Shown here one piece after another: positions 19,191-33,787 of a stretch of DNA of 64,000 bases. The position numbers and the translations under genes are program-made. The notes under the pieces were generated by a model that saw only the letters and a list, made by a program, of their open reading frames with translations, was not told where the DNA came from and did not search any database. The first letter of the stretch is position 1. The number at the start of each line of letters is the position of its first letter. The stretch is taken from contig CAWHIP010000021.1 of assembly GCA_963829515.1 (NCBI GenBank), positions 3,614 through 67,613 of the forward strand. The letters are read 5' to 3'. This DNA is from an uncultured Alphaproteobacteria bacterium (GTDB lineage: Bacteria; Pseudomonadota; Alphaproteobacteria; Rhizobiales; Beijerinckiaceae).

Positions 19191-20352
19191 ATGAGATGCG
19201 CTCGACCCGCCGAAAGGGACGCAAGGACGATATTTCCGCGATCGCCAGCAGTTATGATCGGGTCGCCCTCGTGCTTCAGGGCGGCGGCGCGCTGGGCGCC
19301 TATCAGGTCGGCGTCTACCAGGCTCTCGCGGAGGCCGGCTGCGAGCCCAATTGGATTTCAGGCGTGTCGATCGGCGCGATCAATTCGGCGATCATCGCCG
19401 GCAATCGGCCGGAAATCGGTTGAAGAACCTCGAAACCTTCTGGGAGACGATCTCGGGCCGCAAGATCTGGCCTTATACGCCGGAAGGCGATCCGTTCCGC
19501 GATTTGCGCAACCAGACAAGCTCGCTGATGACCTTGCTCCTCGGGCAGCCCGGATTTTTCCAGCCGCGCATGCCAAATCCCTGGCTCCATGTCGTGGGGG
19601 CCGAAGGCGCCACCAGCTATTACGATTCCTCCGCCTTGAAAGAAACGCTCGAAAATCTGGTCGATTTCGACATTCTGAACGATGGCCGCAAGCGCTTCAG
19701 CGTCGGCGCCGTAAATGTCCGCACCGGAAATTTCGTCTATTTCGATTCAGAAAAGCAAAGGATCGGTCCGGAGCATATCATGGCCTCCGGCGCGCTTCCG
19801 CCGGCGCTCCCATCGGTCAAGATCGAAGGCGAATATTATTGGGACGGCGGCATAGTCTCGAATACGCCGCTGCAATATTTCCTCGAGCAAGACGAGCATC
19901 AATCCTCCCTGGTGTTTCAGGTCGATCTATTTAGCGCGCGCGGCGTCCTTCCCCGCCAAATGTCGGATGTGCTCACCCGTCACAAGGAGATCATGTATTC
20001 GAGCCGCACGCGCCAGAATACCGACGCCTTCGCCCGGACGCATAATTTGAAGATGCGCCTCGTCGAGGCCTTGAAGAGAATCCCTCCCGAAGCGCTGCAG
20101 CCGGGCGAAAGGGAGCTCATCGCGGAAGGCGCCAATCCCGCCATCGTCAATATCGTTCATCTTATTTATCAGCATAAAAATTACGAAGGCCACGCACGCG
20201 ACTATGAATTTTCCGGCACGTCCATGCGCGAGCATTGGGAATCCGGCTATGAAGACACGCTGCGCACCCTGCGTCACCCCGAATGGCTGAACCGCTCCTT
20301 GGTCTCGCGCGGCGTGACCGTCCACGACCTCCATCGCGAAGACCCGACCTAA
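19187..20352 (+). CDS. patatin-like phospholipase with DUF3734-type C-terminus (frameshift ~19415)
   Basis: [13 protein letters not shown] and DGG motifs; C-terminal [15 protein letters not shown]; start overlaps the adc stop (ATGA). Confidence 0.88.
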
Positions 20353-20557
20353 AGGCGCCTTCCGATCACATTGGCTCAAACGTAGCGGGAAACGCGCCAA
20401 ACCAAAGGATTTGGCGCTTGTTCTCGCGCCGGGCCGGCGTCGCCTTTATCCAAAAATGCTCTATACCAAAATGTTTCTCTCCTCGATTCACGTGGGTCGA
20501 GGCCAGCGGAAACGTTCGGCGCGGCGACCAGGCCGGTCCGGCGGCATAGAGCAGGGC

Positions 20558-21373
20558 ATGGTCCAAAATCTACTCTCGATCGCGGGGTCTGATCCGAGCG
20601 GCGGCGCGGGCGTTCAGGCCGATCTCAAGACTTTCAGCGCGCTCGGCTGCTACGGCATGGCCGTCGTCACCGCGCTCACTGCGCAGAACACGCGCGGGGT
20701 CAGCGACGTTCATGTGCCGCCGGCGCAATTCGTCGCGGCGCAAATCGACGCCATCTTCGACGATATAGAAGTCGCCGCCGTCAAGATTGGGATGCTCGCC
20801 ACCGGCTTCATCGTCGAGGCCGTCGCGAAACGGCTCGCCCATTATAAGCCGCGCTTCATCGTCCTTGATCCGGTGCTGGCCGCGACGAGCGGCGACGCCT
20901 TGGCCGCCTCCGATGTCGCCGAAGCCATTGTTCGTCATCTCTTTCCGCTCGCGACCCTGGTCACGCCGAATTTTTTCGAGGCGGCGCGGCTTTCGGGCCA
21001 TGTGATCGCCGCCGATCACGCCGGCATGAGGCGCGCCGCCGCGCTGCTGCACGCCCGGGGCGCCAAAGCCGTGTTGGTCAAGGGCGGCCATGTGCAGGGC
21101 GCGAGCTGCGACGACCTTCTGTTCGACGGCGCGTCGTATAGGTCCTTCTCCGTTCCCCGCGTGGCCACCCGCAACACCCATGGCACAGGCTGCGCTCTAT
21201 CCTCCGCGATCGCGGCCTATCTCGCCCAAGGCCTCCAGCTCGGAGACGCCATTGAGGCCGCAAAGGCCTATCTGACCGGCGCGCTCGCCGCAGCAGATCA
21301 GCTCACGGTCGGCCAGGGCGCTGGGCCCGTCCATCATTTCTTCCAGCTCTGGGCTCGCGCGCCGAAGGACTGA
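20558..21373 (+). CDS. thiD: hydroxymethylpyrimidine/phosphomethylpyrimidine kinase
   Basis: IAGSDPSGGAGVQADLKT, VKIGML, TPN and HGTGCALSSA. Confidence 0.95.
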   Translation: MVQNLLSIAGSDPSGGAGVQADLKTFSALGCYGMAVVTALTAQNTRGVSDVHVPPAQFVAAQIDAIFDDIEVAAVKIGMLATGFIVEAVAKRLAHYKPRFIVLDPVLAATSGDALAASDVAEAIVRHLFPLATLVTPNFFEAARLSGHVIAADHAGMRRAAALLHARGAKAVLVKGGHVQGASCDDLLFDGASYRSFSVPRVATRNTHGTGCALSSAIAAYLAQGLQLGDAIEAAKAYLTGALAAADQLTVGQGAGPVHHFFQLWARAPKD

Positions 21374-21387
21374 GCGCGCGGCGTGCG

Positions 21388-21823
21388 TCAGAGCCTCTTA
21401 AGCGTTCCGGCGTCCAGTTCGCCGCCGAAATATTTGCGCAAGGCCTGCCGAAAGACCCCATCATCATCGGCCGCGCTCGCGAAGAGGCTCATCGACGAAT
21501 GAAATTTCGTATCGTCCGGCGCGCCAAAAATTTGATGGATGGACCGCCCCTCTATGGCGTTCGCCAAGCCGGTCGCGCGTCGCAGCCTCGGCCCGAGGAT
21601 GGGGTGGCGTAAATCAGGCCGCCGCCTCGGCGCGGCCGGAAATCGCAAATCTTTGCGCCATTGGGCTGCTCCCCAACCCCTTGATCTGCGGGAAGACGAA
21701 CCACATCCAATGGCTTTCCTTGCGACCTTTGGCGAGTTCCGCGCAAGCGGTCTCGAAAACCGGCTCCTGCGCGTCGACGAATCGCTGCAAATCGTAAGGA
21801 TCGCCGCTCCTTCTCTCCGTCAT
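21388..21823 (-). CDS. DUF1810 family protein (frameshift ~21620)
   Basis: DLQRFVDAQ, GRKESHWMWFVFPQI, HPILGPRL and IFGAPDDTKFHSSMSLF. Confidence 0.85.
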
Positions 21824-21906
21824 CGCCCCGCTCCCCTCTTCCGGCCCGGCGACGCGCGGCGCAGGACAATTGACATCAGCGTCGCCGCTTGCCACCTAGC
21901 TCCGGC

Positions 21907-23484
<1,578 letters not shown>

Positions 23485-23578
23485 GGGGGATGGTTGGGGC
23501 TGGCGTTCATCCTGCTCGCGGGGAATGCTATGCTGGAGACATTGTCTCCACATTTCCTCCTCTCAACGCGAGGCCGCC

Positions 23579-23941
23579 ATGCCAAAAGCATTTCAGATCT
23601 CCCTGGCGCCGGAAAGGCTCTGGCAGGCGATCAATCCCTTGACCTTCTTTCAACAGGGCGCGCAGCTCGGCTTGGTCAACATCGACCTCGGCCAGACGCC
23701 GCATCCCGAGATGGAGCAAAGAATTCTCGACGAGGTCGGCAGCTATGGCCGCCAGCTCGGCCGCATAGGCGACGCGCTCGAAGTGCTGCTCAACCATGTC
23801 AAGCTCGACGGGCTGAGCCAAACCGAGCAGGATGCGCTCGACATTCTACGCGGTCAGCTCGCCGAGGTGCGGCAAGCAAAGCAACAGGCTCGGGAAACCC
23901 TCACGCCGCCTTCTTCTTCGGCGCGATCAGCTTGCGGTTGA
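23579..23941 (+). CDS. conserved-looking hypothetical protein; 3' end overlaps asd convergently
   Basis: 120 aa, QRILDEVGSYGRQLGRIGDALEVL, with host-like codon usage. Confidence 0.6.
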   Translation: MPKAFQISLAPERLWQAINPLTFFQQGAQLGLVNIDLGQTPHPEMEQRILDEVGSYGRQLGRIGDALEVLLNHVKLDGLSQTEQDALDILRGQLAEVRQAKQQARETLTPPSSSARSACG

Positions 23942-24935
23942 TCAGGACTTCGGCGATCTGGACCGCGTTCAGGGCCGCGCCCTTGCGCAGATTGTCGGCC
24001 ACCACCCACAACACGAGGCCGTTTTCCACCGTCGCGTCCTCGCGGATGCGGGAGATGTAGGTCGCGTCCTCGCCCGCCGCCTCATGCGGGGTGATATAGC
24101 CGCCGGGCTCGCGCTTATCGATCACCAGACAGCCAGGCGCCTCGCGGAGAATCTCCCGCGCCTCCTCGGCGCTGATCGGGTTCTCGAACTCGATATTGAC
24201 CGCCTCGGAATGGCCGATGAAGACCGGCACGCGCACGCAGGTGGCGGTGAGCTTGATCTTCGGATCGAGGATCTTTTTCGTCTCCGCCATCATCTTCCAT
24301 TCCTCCTTCGTGTAGCCGTCCTCCATGAAGACGTCGATCTCGGGAATCACGTTGAAGGCGATGCGCTTGGGAAACTTCTTGCTCTCGACCGCGTCCGACA
24401 CGAAAATCGCGCGGGTCTCGGCGAAGAGCGCGTCCATCGCCTCCTTGCCCGCGCCCGAGACCGATTGATAGGTCGACACCACGACGCGCGTGATCTTGGC
24501 CTTGTCATGCAGCGGCTTCAGGGCGACGACGAGCTGCGCCGTCGAGCAATTCGGATTGGCGATGATGTTTTTCTTGGAAAAGCCGACAATGGCGTCGGCG
24601 TTGACCTCGGGCACGATCAAAGGCACGTCCTGATCATAGCGCCAGGCCGAGGAATTATCGATGACGACGCAGCCCTGCCGGCCGATCTTCGGCGACCATT
24701 CCTTGGAGACCGCGCCGCCCGCCGACATCAGGCAGATGTCGGTTCCGGCGAAGTCGTAATTTTCAAGCGCCTTGCATTTCAGGGTCTTATCGCCGAAGGA
24801 AACTTCCGTCCCGATCGAGCGCGACGAGGCGAGCGCGACGATTTCGTCGATCGGAAATTGGCGCTCGGCAAGAATGTCAAGCATTTCCCGCCCGACATTT
24901 CCCGTCGCGCCGACGATGGCGACCTTGAACCCCAT
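23901..24935 (-). CDS. asd: aspartate-semialdehyde dehydrogenase
   Basis: KVAIVGATGNVG, IDNSSAWR, NPNCST, QSVSGAG and ADNLRKGAALNAVQIAE. Confidence 0.97.
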   Translation of the reverse strand: MGFKVAIVGATGNVGREMLDILAERQFPIDEIVALASSRSIGTEVSFGDKTLKCKALENYDFAGTDICLMSAGGAVSKEWSPKIGRQGCVVIDNSSAWRYDQDVPLIVPEVNADAIVGFSKKNIIANPNCSTAQLVVALKPLHDKAKITRVVVSTYQSVSGAGKEAMDALFAETRAIFVSDAVESKKFPKRIAFNVIPEIDVFMEDGYTKEEWKMMAETKKILDPKIKLTATCVRVPVFIGHSEAVNIEFENPISAEEAREILREAPGCLVIDKREPGGYITPHEAAGEDATYISRIREDATVENGLVLWVVADNLRKGAALNAVQIAEVLINRKLIAPKKKAA

Positions 24936-25284
24936 ATTCATCTCCATCAAAGAGGTGAGCTTCGACGCCCGGCGCAGGCGTCCGCCATCCGGGCGGGGCT
25001 TCGAATCCGAGCCCAGCCGGAGCGTCGCCGGCCCGCCGCCGATCGCTCAGGAACCTAGTTGAATAGGGCAAATGCCGCCGCGCCGCAACGGATCGGCGCC
25101 GACGCGGCGCAGGCTGCGCCGGCCATAACATGCGGGCCGTGACAAGTGCGCGCCGCGTCAACATTCGTAAATGCGGCGTTGACGCTAATTATAAAGGTCG
25201 CGCGATTAGTAACGCTTCGCGCAATCTTCCTCGCGCACAATGGCGCGCTCGAACATGCGCTCACACTTGCGCGGCGGAGGATAG

Positions 25285-26173
25285 ATGATGCGGCGCGCGG
25301 CCTTTCAAGGCGAAGTCTTAGGCGTGGACATCGACGCGCGGGCGCCTTTCGAGGGCAAGCGCCTGCCGTTGTCGCCGGCCATGCGCTCCCGCCGCCTTCT
25401 TTGGCGGCTCGGAACCGCCACGCTCGCCGCGGCCGGCCTTGCGTTCGCCGTGGCGCTTCTGGGCGCGGCCCGGGAGCCAGCCTCCACTGGCATGACCTTC
25501 GCCGCGACCCCGCCGGCGCCCCCGCCGGCCTGGATTGAGATCTCCCCGCGCCGCAGATTTTCGCGCTTCAGGCGCCCGAACTCGCCGACGAGCCGAAATT
25601 TCTTGAGGCGCGGCGGCATAGAACCGGCGGCGGGCGGCAGGATGTGCTCGCCTTCGGCGGAGCGGACGGCGCGCTTCCGCGCTTGCGCCTCACCTTCTAT
25701 CGGGTCGGCGGGGAAATTGCGCCCGACGCGTCTTTCTTCGTCGCTCTCGCCCGTCGGGCCGCCGAAATGGGACGCGCGATCACGCGCGCGACGCAGCCGA
25801 CGGCCCTGCGAACACGGCTCGGCGTTTTCGAGGCCGCCAGTCTCGATTTAACCCAGTCCTACGGCTCGGACGCGGCCTGTCTCGGATTTCGAAAATCAAC
25901 ACCGCCCCAAATCTGCGCATCACGGGCTTCGCCTGCGCGTCCGGCCCAGCCAAGCCGGCCCCGTCAAGAACCGAACTCGCCTGCCTCCTCGACCGAATCG
26001 ATTTTACGCCGGCCGTCAACGACAGCGAGCTCATCGCCTTTTTCGCCGCGCGAGACTTGAATGACGCCACCGCTTGCGCCGAACCAAGACCCGAGGCGCG
26101 TCTTGCCCGATCAGCCCAGTCGGATCCGCCTGACGCGGCGGCGATCCAAAAAACGCAAAGAAAAACGCGTTGA
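25285..26173 (+). CDS. hypothetical membrane-anchored protein (two frameshifts, ~25550 and ~25900)
   Basis: TM segment (LAAAGLAFAVALLG), then FFVALARRAAE...RTRLGVFE, then NLRITGFAC...LACLLDRID to TGA at 26173. The start is uncertain. Confidence 0.5.
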
Positions 26174-26251
26174 TTCCTATCTTCTTTGACCCCTGCCGCG
26201 AACCAAACCGCCGCTGTGGCGTTACCTCTGCAACTGCAAAGGATCAGCCAA

Positions 26252-26614
26252 ATGCTTTTGAGACCGACTACGGCCCTTCTTTTCGCCTCCACCTTGAGCG
26301 TGGTCGCCACCGCGGCCCTGGCCGAGACGCCGGCGCGCCGCCACGTCCAACACCATAAGCATATCACGCCGATCGTTTATCAAGACGAGCGCCCGCCGCT
26401 GACGGTCAACAAGCGCAGCTTCCTCGACCCTGGCCCTGTCGTGCCGGTCGGCAGCATGTCCAACTATGTGACCGCCAACACGATCTTCAACCGCACGCCG
26501 GATCAGACCTTCGCGCGATCCAAATATGGCAATGAAGAACTCCCCTGGCCGCTTGAGGTCCCAGGACGGCCCGGCCCGCTCATCGAATTCGAGACGCCCG
26601 CCTATCCTTATTAA
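26252..26614 (+). CDS. hypothetical exported protein
   Basis: Signal peptide ending AALA; LTVNKRSFLDPGPVVPVG. Confidence 0.65.
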   Translation: MLLRPTTALLFASTLSVVATAALAETPARRHVQHHKHITPIVYQDERPPLTVNKRSFLDPGPVVPVGSMSNYVTANTIFNRTPDQTFARSKYGNEELPWPLEVPGRPGPLIEFETPAYPY

Positions 26615-26764
26615 GGGCGCCGCCGGAGCGCGTCCCGAATGGCGCGCCCGGTTTGGACGGACTCATCCGATCGAAACAGGGATGCGCGTGAGTTCAAGGT
26701 GCTGAAGCGCGGCTGAACTCTGGCGCGCCGGCGGCAGGGCCGCGCCGCTTTGCTTTCGTCGCCT

Positions 26765-27877
26765 TCACTTGAAGGCGGATTGGAGCTCGGCAAGGATCGC
26801 GTCGCCCATTTGAGTGGTCGACAAAGTCTCCTTGGCGCCGGCGGCGATGTCGGCCGTCCGCAAGCCTTTGTCGAGCACGCCGGAGATGGCTTTGTCTATG
26901 CGATCGGCGAGTTCGCCGAGATCGAAGGAATAGCGCAGCGCCATGCCAAGCGATCCGATCATCGCGATCGGATTGGCGAGGCCCCTGCCCGCTATATCCG
27001 GCGCCGAACCATGCACCGGCTCGTAAAGGGCCTTGCGAGTTCCTGTCCGCGCGTTTCTTTCGCCGAGCGAAGCCGAGGGCAGCATGCCGAGCGAGCCCGT
27101 CAGCATGGCGGCCACGTCCGACAGCATGTCGCCAAAAAGATTGTCGGTGACGATCACATCGAATTGCTTGGGCCGGCGCACCAACTGCATCCCGAGCGAA
27201 TCGGCGAGTTGGTGCTCAAGCTCCACATCCGGATATTCGCGGGCGTGCAAGGCGGTGATGACCTCGTTCCAGAGGACGCCTGATTTCATCACATTGCGCT
27301 TTTCCGACGAGGTGACCTTGTTGCGGCGCTTGCGCGCCAGCTCGAAAGCAACGCGCCCGATCCGCTCGATCTCATAGGTGTCGTAAACCTGGGTGTCGAT
27401 GCCGCGCTTCTGCCCATTGCCGAGATCGATGATCTGCTTCGGCTCGCCAAAATAGACCCCGCCGGTCAATTCGCGCACGATCATGAGATCGAGCCCATCG
27501 ACAAGCTCGCGCTTCAGCGACGAGGCGTCGGCAAGCGCCGGATAGCAGATCGCCGGGCGCAGATTGGCGAACAGCGCCATATCCTTGCGCAGCCGCAGAA
27601 GCCCCGCCTCGGGGCGCAACTCGTAAGCGACGCCATCCCATTTCGGGCCGCCGACTGCGGCGAGCAGAACCGCATCGGCCGCGTCGGCCCGCGCCATGTC
27701 GGCGTCGCTGATCGCCGTTCCATGAACGTCATAAGCGGCGCCGCCGACAAGGCCCGTCTCGATTTCAAAGCCGACAATTCCCTCGCGCGTCAGCCATGCC
27801 GCGATCTTCTCGGCCTCGGCCATGATTTCGGGGCCGATGCCATCGCCGGGGAGCACGAAAAGCTTGTAAGTCGTCAT
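26765..27877 (-). CDS. leuB: 3-isopropylmalate dehydrogenase
   Basis: [35 protein letters not shown] and [12 protein letters not shown]. Confidence 0.97.
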   Translation of the reverse strand: MTTYKLFVLPGDGIGPEIMAEAEKIAAWLTREGIVGFEIETGLVGGAAYDVHGTAISDADMARADAADAVLLAAVGGPKWDGVAYELRPEAGLLRLRKDMALFANLRPAICYPALADASSLKRELVDGLDLMIVRELTGGVYFGEPKQIIDLGNGQKRGIDTQVYDTYEIERIGRVAFELARKRRNKVTSSEKRNVMKSGVLWNEVITALHAREYPDVELEHQLADSLGMQLVRRPKQFDVIVTDNLFGDMLSDVAAMLTGSLGMLPSASLGERNARTGTRKALYEPVHGSAPDIAGRGLANPIAMIGSLGMALRYSFDLGELADRIDKAISGVLDKGLRTADIAAGAKETLSTTQMGDAILAELQSAFK

Positions 27878-27961
27878 GTAGGATTATCCAGACGCAAAGA
27901 GTAAGGAGGCGCGAAAGGGCGAACCCCGTCGGCGCCTCGCTGCAAAAAGTTGTTTGTTGCG

Positions 27962-30688
<2,727 letters not shown>

Positions 30689-30821
30689 GCGGAATTGTCC
30701 CGAGGAAGCAGATGGTGAAATGAAAGAGGCGTTTGACTTATAAATAATTTCTACGGCGAGAGCTACATGGATGATAGACAAAGCCATCATTCATTCGCGG
30801 CTAGGCTTCGGTTCATCCCTC

Positions 30822-31427
30822 ATGCGGCTTTCGGCTTGCGACCTCTCCGTCGAACGCGGCGGCCGAATCGTTTTCGCCAAACTGTCCTTCACGCTTGAGG
30901 CCGGGGAGAGCCTGGTCGTGACCGGGCGCAACGGCGCTGGAAAATCGACTCTTCTGCGCGCGCTCGCCGGCCTGCTGCCGCCAGCCTCCGGCGCGATTTC
31001 CTGCACCCCAGCCTCTGATGAAACGCTGTCCGAACAGGTTCATTACATCGGCCACGCCGACGCGCTGAAGGGCGCGCTGACGGTTGGCGAGAATCTCGAG
31101 TTTTTCGCCGCGGCGCTCGGCTCCGGGCGCGGCGGCGCGCCCGCCGAAACGGCGCTCGGCGCGTTCGGCCTCGCCCATGTCGCCGCGCTCCCTTCAGCCT
31201 ATCTCTCGGCCGGCCAGAAGCGGCGCGCCACGCTCGCCAAGCTCCTTGTCGCGATCCGCCCGATCTGGCTGCTCGACGAGCCGACGACGGCGCTCGACGC
31301 GGGGTCACAGCAAATCATGGCGCAGATCATGACGGCGCATCTGGCCGGAGGCGGCATGATCGTCGCCGCGACCCATGCTCGCCTCGAGCTCGCCGGGCGC
31401 GAACTGCGGCTCGGGGCCGGCGCGTGA
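30822..31427 (+). CDS. ccmA: heme export ABC ATPase CcmA
   Basis: GRNGAGKST, LSAGQKRR and WLLDEPTTALD; adjacent to ccmB. Confidence 0.93.
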   Translation: MRLSACDLSVERGGRIVFAKLSFTLEAGESLVVTGRNGAGKSTLLRALAGLLPPASGAISCTPASDETLSEQVHYIGHADALKGALTVGENLEFFAAALGSGRGGAPAETALGAFGLAHVAALPSAYLSAGQKRRATLAKLLVAIRPIWLLDEPTTALDAGSQQIMAQIMTAHLAGGGMIVAATHARLELAGRELRLGAGA

Positions 31428-32101
31428 CGGCGGAGCCTGTGACCAAATCGGCGCTGCATGCGCTCTTCGTCCGCGAATTGCGGATCGGCCAGCGAATCGG
31501 CGGCGGCGCGAGCCTCGGGCTCGTCTTTTTTCTGATTCTCGTCACGCTGACGCCTTTCGCCATCGGCCCCGATCTCGCGCTCCTCGCGCGGATCGCGCCG
31601 GCCATTCTGTGGATCGCCAGCCTGCTCGCGACATTGCTCGGCCTCGACCGGTTGTTTCAGGCCGATCACGAAGACGGCTCGCTCGATCTGCTCTTGACCA
31701 GCGGCGCGCCGCTCGAACTCATCGTCCTCGTCAAATGCTTCGCCCATTGGCTCTTGACCGGCCTGCCGCTCGTCGCCGCCGCGCCATTCTTTGGCTTGAT
31801 GCTCGCCTTGCCCGCGAACGAGCTTTGGAGCGTCGCCCTTTCGCTTCTTGTCGGCACGCCCGCATTGACCTTGATCGGCGCGATCGGCGCGGCGCTGACC
31901 GTGAGCCTTCGGCGCGGCGGACTTTTGCTGGCGGTTCTGATTTTGCCGCTTTGCGTGCCGGTCCTTATTTTCGGCGTCGCCGCGGCGGGGGCGCCAAGCC
32001 AATCGGCCGCGCCTCTGCTCATCCTTGGCGCGCTTACGCTGATGGCGCTGGCAGGGGCGCCGATCGCCGCCGCCGCGGCGCTCCGCCACATGAGCGAATG
32101 A
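31424..32101 (+). CDS. ccmB: heme exporter permease CcmB
   Basis: RLFQADHEDGSLDLL, KCFAHW and LILPLCVPVLIFG. Confidence 0.95.
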   Translation: MTAEPVTKSALHALFVRELRIGQRIGGGASLGLVFFLILVTLTPFAIGPDLALLARIAPAILWIASLLATLLGLDRLFQADHEDGSLDLLLTSGAPLELIVLVKCFAHWLLTGLPLVAAAPFFGLMLALPANELWSVALSLLVGTPALTLIGAIGAALTVSLRRGGLLLAVLILPLCVPVLIFGVAAAGAPSQSAAPLLILGALTLMALAGAPIAAAAALRHMSE

Positions 32102-32212
32102 TGGGAATCCGCCTCGCCGGCGCCCGATTGCGCTCTATAGGCGATTTACTTGCGGCCTAAAAACATTTATCAGGCGTGCATCCAAAAAGCGCAGCTTCCG
32201 GCTATCGAGGCG

Positions 32213-33124
32213 ATGATGAAACAGCTCGGCGTTCTCCTGCTCGCGGCCGCATTGAGTTTTGTTGGCGCTGGATCCGGGGCCGAATCGGGGGCTTGGGCGC
32301 AGAATGCTCCGGCCCCGAGCAAGAAGTCCCCGGCGGCCAAGAAGGCGCCGGCGGCGACGGAAAAAGCGCCGGCGGCCAGCGAGAAGGCTCCTGTCGCAAG
32401 CGAGCCGCCGGCCGCCGCGAGCGAGCCGGATCATCCGGCCATCGAGCCGGCCGCGCTCGCGATCCTCAAAGCCGCGAGCGACAAGCTCGCCCAGGCCAAG
32501 ACCATCTCCTTCGTCGCGCGCGGGGCCTTCGACGTTCCGGCCCGCAATGGCCAGCCGCTTTTCTATCTGACCCGCTCGGAGGTCCTCCTGGCGCGGCCCA
32601 ACAAGCTTCGGGTGATCGTCCCCGGAGACGGACCGCCCTCGGAGTTCTACTTTGACGGCAAGGAGATCGCGGTCTTCACGCCCGACTCCGATTTGATCGC
32701 GACGGCGAAAGCGCCCGGCACGCTCGATCAGGCGCTGGAGCACATCTATGAGAAGGCCGGGGTTTATTTTCCCTTTGTCGATTTCATCGTCGCCGATCCC
32801 TACAAGGCGCTGACGGAGGGGCTGACCAGCGCCTTCGTGATCGGCCAGTCGAAGCTCGTCGGCGACGCGACGACGGACATCGTCTCGATTTCCGATCCGC
32901 ATGTGCATCTGCAAATCTGGATCGGCGCGGAGGACAAGCTGCCGCGGCTCATCTGGGCGACGGCTGCGGACGGCCCGGACAAGCCGCGCCATTCGGTCGA
33001 ATTCTCCGATTGGAGGCTCGACGGCGTGGCCGCCGAGGAGACCGATTTCAAGCCGCATCCGACCGCGTCGACAAGGCGCATCCCGTTCGCGCGGCCGGAC
33101 GCGGAGCCGGCTCCCAAACCTTGA
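32213..33124 (+). CDS. DUF2092-domain periplasmic protein with Ala/Pro/Lys-rich linker
   Basis: Signal peptide; RPNKLRV...FYFDGKEIAVF, QIWIGAEDKLPRLI and VEFSDW. Confidence 0.8.
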   Translation: MMKQLGVLLLAAALSFVGAGSGAESGAWAQNAPAPSKKSPAAKKAPAATEKAPAASEKAPVASEPPAAASEPDHPAIEPAALAILKAASDKLAQAKTISFVARGAFDVPARNGQPLFYLTRSEVLLARPNKLRVIVPGDGPPSEFYFDGKEIAVFTPDSDLIATAKAPGTLDQALEHIYEKAGVYFPFVDFIVADPYKALTEGLTSAFVIGQSKLVGDATTDIVSISDPHVHLQIWIGAEDKLPRLIWATAADGPDKPRHSVEFSDWRLDGVAAEETDFKPHPTASTRRIPFARPDAEPAPKP

Positions 33125-33194
33125 TCGCAAACCTAGATCGCAATCCTTGAACAAAGACCGGAATCCACGGCAAGATCCGGATGAACGATCGCCA

Positions 33195-33734
33195 ATGAGG
33201 TCAACCGCCATGACTCGCAGTCTGCTTCTGGGCGCCGCTGTTCTGACCGCCGCGCTAGCTCTCGGCGCGCCGCCATCCGCCGACGCCTTTCGCGGCGGTG
33301 GATTTGCCGGCGGCGGCTTCCATGCCGGCGGCTTTGGCGGCGGCGGCGCTTGGCACGCCGGAGGTTTCCACGCCGGCGGCGTGGGCGGCGCCGGGGCCTG
33401 GCACGCCGGCGGCGTCAATCATGCCGGCGGAGCCTGGGGAGGCACGTGGCATGGCGACGGCTGGCACGCCGGCGGCTGGTATGGCGGCGGCTTCCACGGC
33501 CCAGCCGTGGTCAACAGCTATTACCATGGCGGCTGCTGGGGCTGCGGCGCTGCGGCCCTCGGCGTCGCTGCGGCGGCGAGCGCCGTTGCGATCGGCAGCC
33601 TCGTCGCGACCGTTCCGGCCGGATGCCCCTATCAAGCCGTCAACGACGTGAATTATTACGTCTGCGGCGGAACCTGGTACCAGCCCTATTACGGCGCCAA
33701 CGGGCTCTATTACCGCGTCGTGCCGCCACTTTAG
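33195..33734 (+). CDS. secreted Gly/His/Trp-rich protein with C-terminal CPY..C..WY.P domain (DUF6515-like)
   Basis: Signal peptide; (F/W)HAGG repeats; CWGC; GCPYQAVNDVNYYVCGGTWYQPYYG. Confidence 0.7.
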   Translation: MRSTAMTRSLLLGAAVLTAALALGAPPSADAFRGGGFAGGGFHAGGFGGGGAWHAGGFHAGGVGGAGAWHAGGVNHAGGAWGGTWHGDGWHAGGWYGGGFHGPAVVNSYYHGGCWGCGAAALGVAAAASAVAIGSLVATVPAGCPYQAVNDVNYYVCGGTWYQPYYGANGLYYRVVPPL

Positions 33735-33787
33735 ACAGGGCGGCAGACAGGGCGGCGCGATTTGCATTTAGGTTTGCGCGAGCCTAG

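Noticed and set aside
20353-20557. Possible TPP riboswitch upstream of thiD
   Set aside because: The conserved GCTGAGA and CCTGA...GGGA elements are not present.
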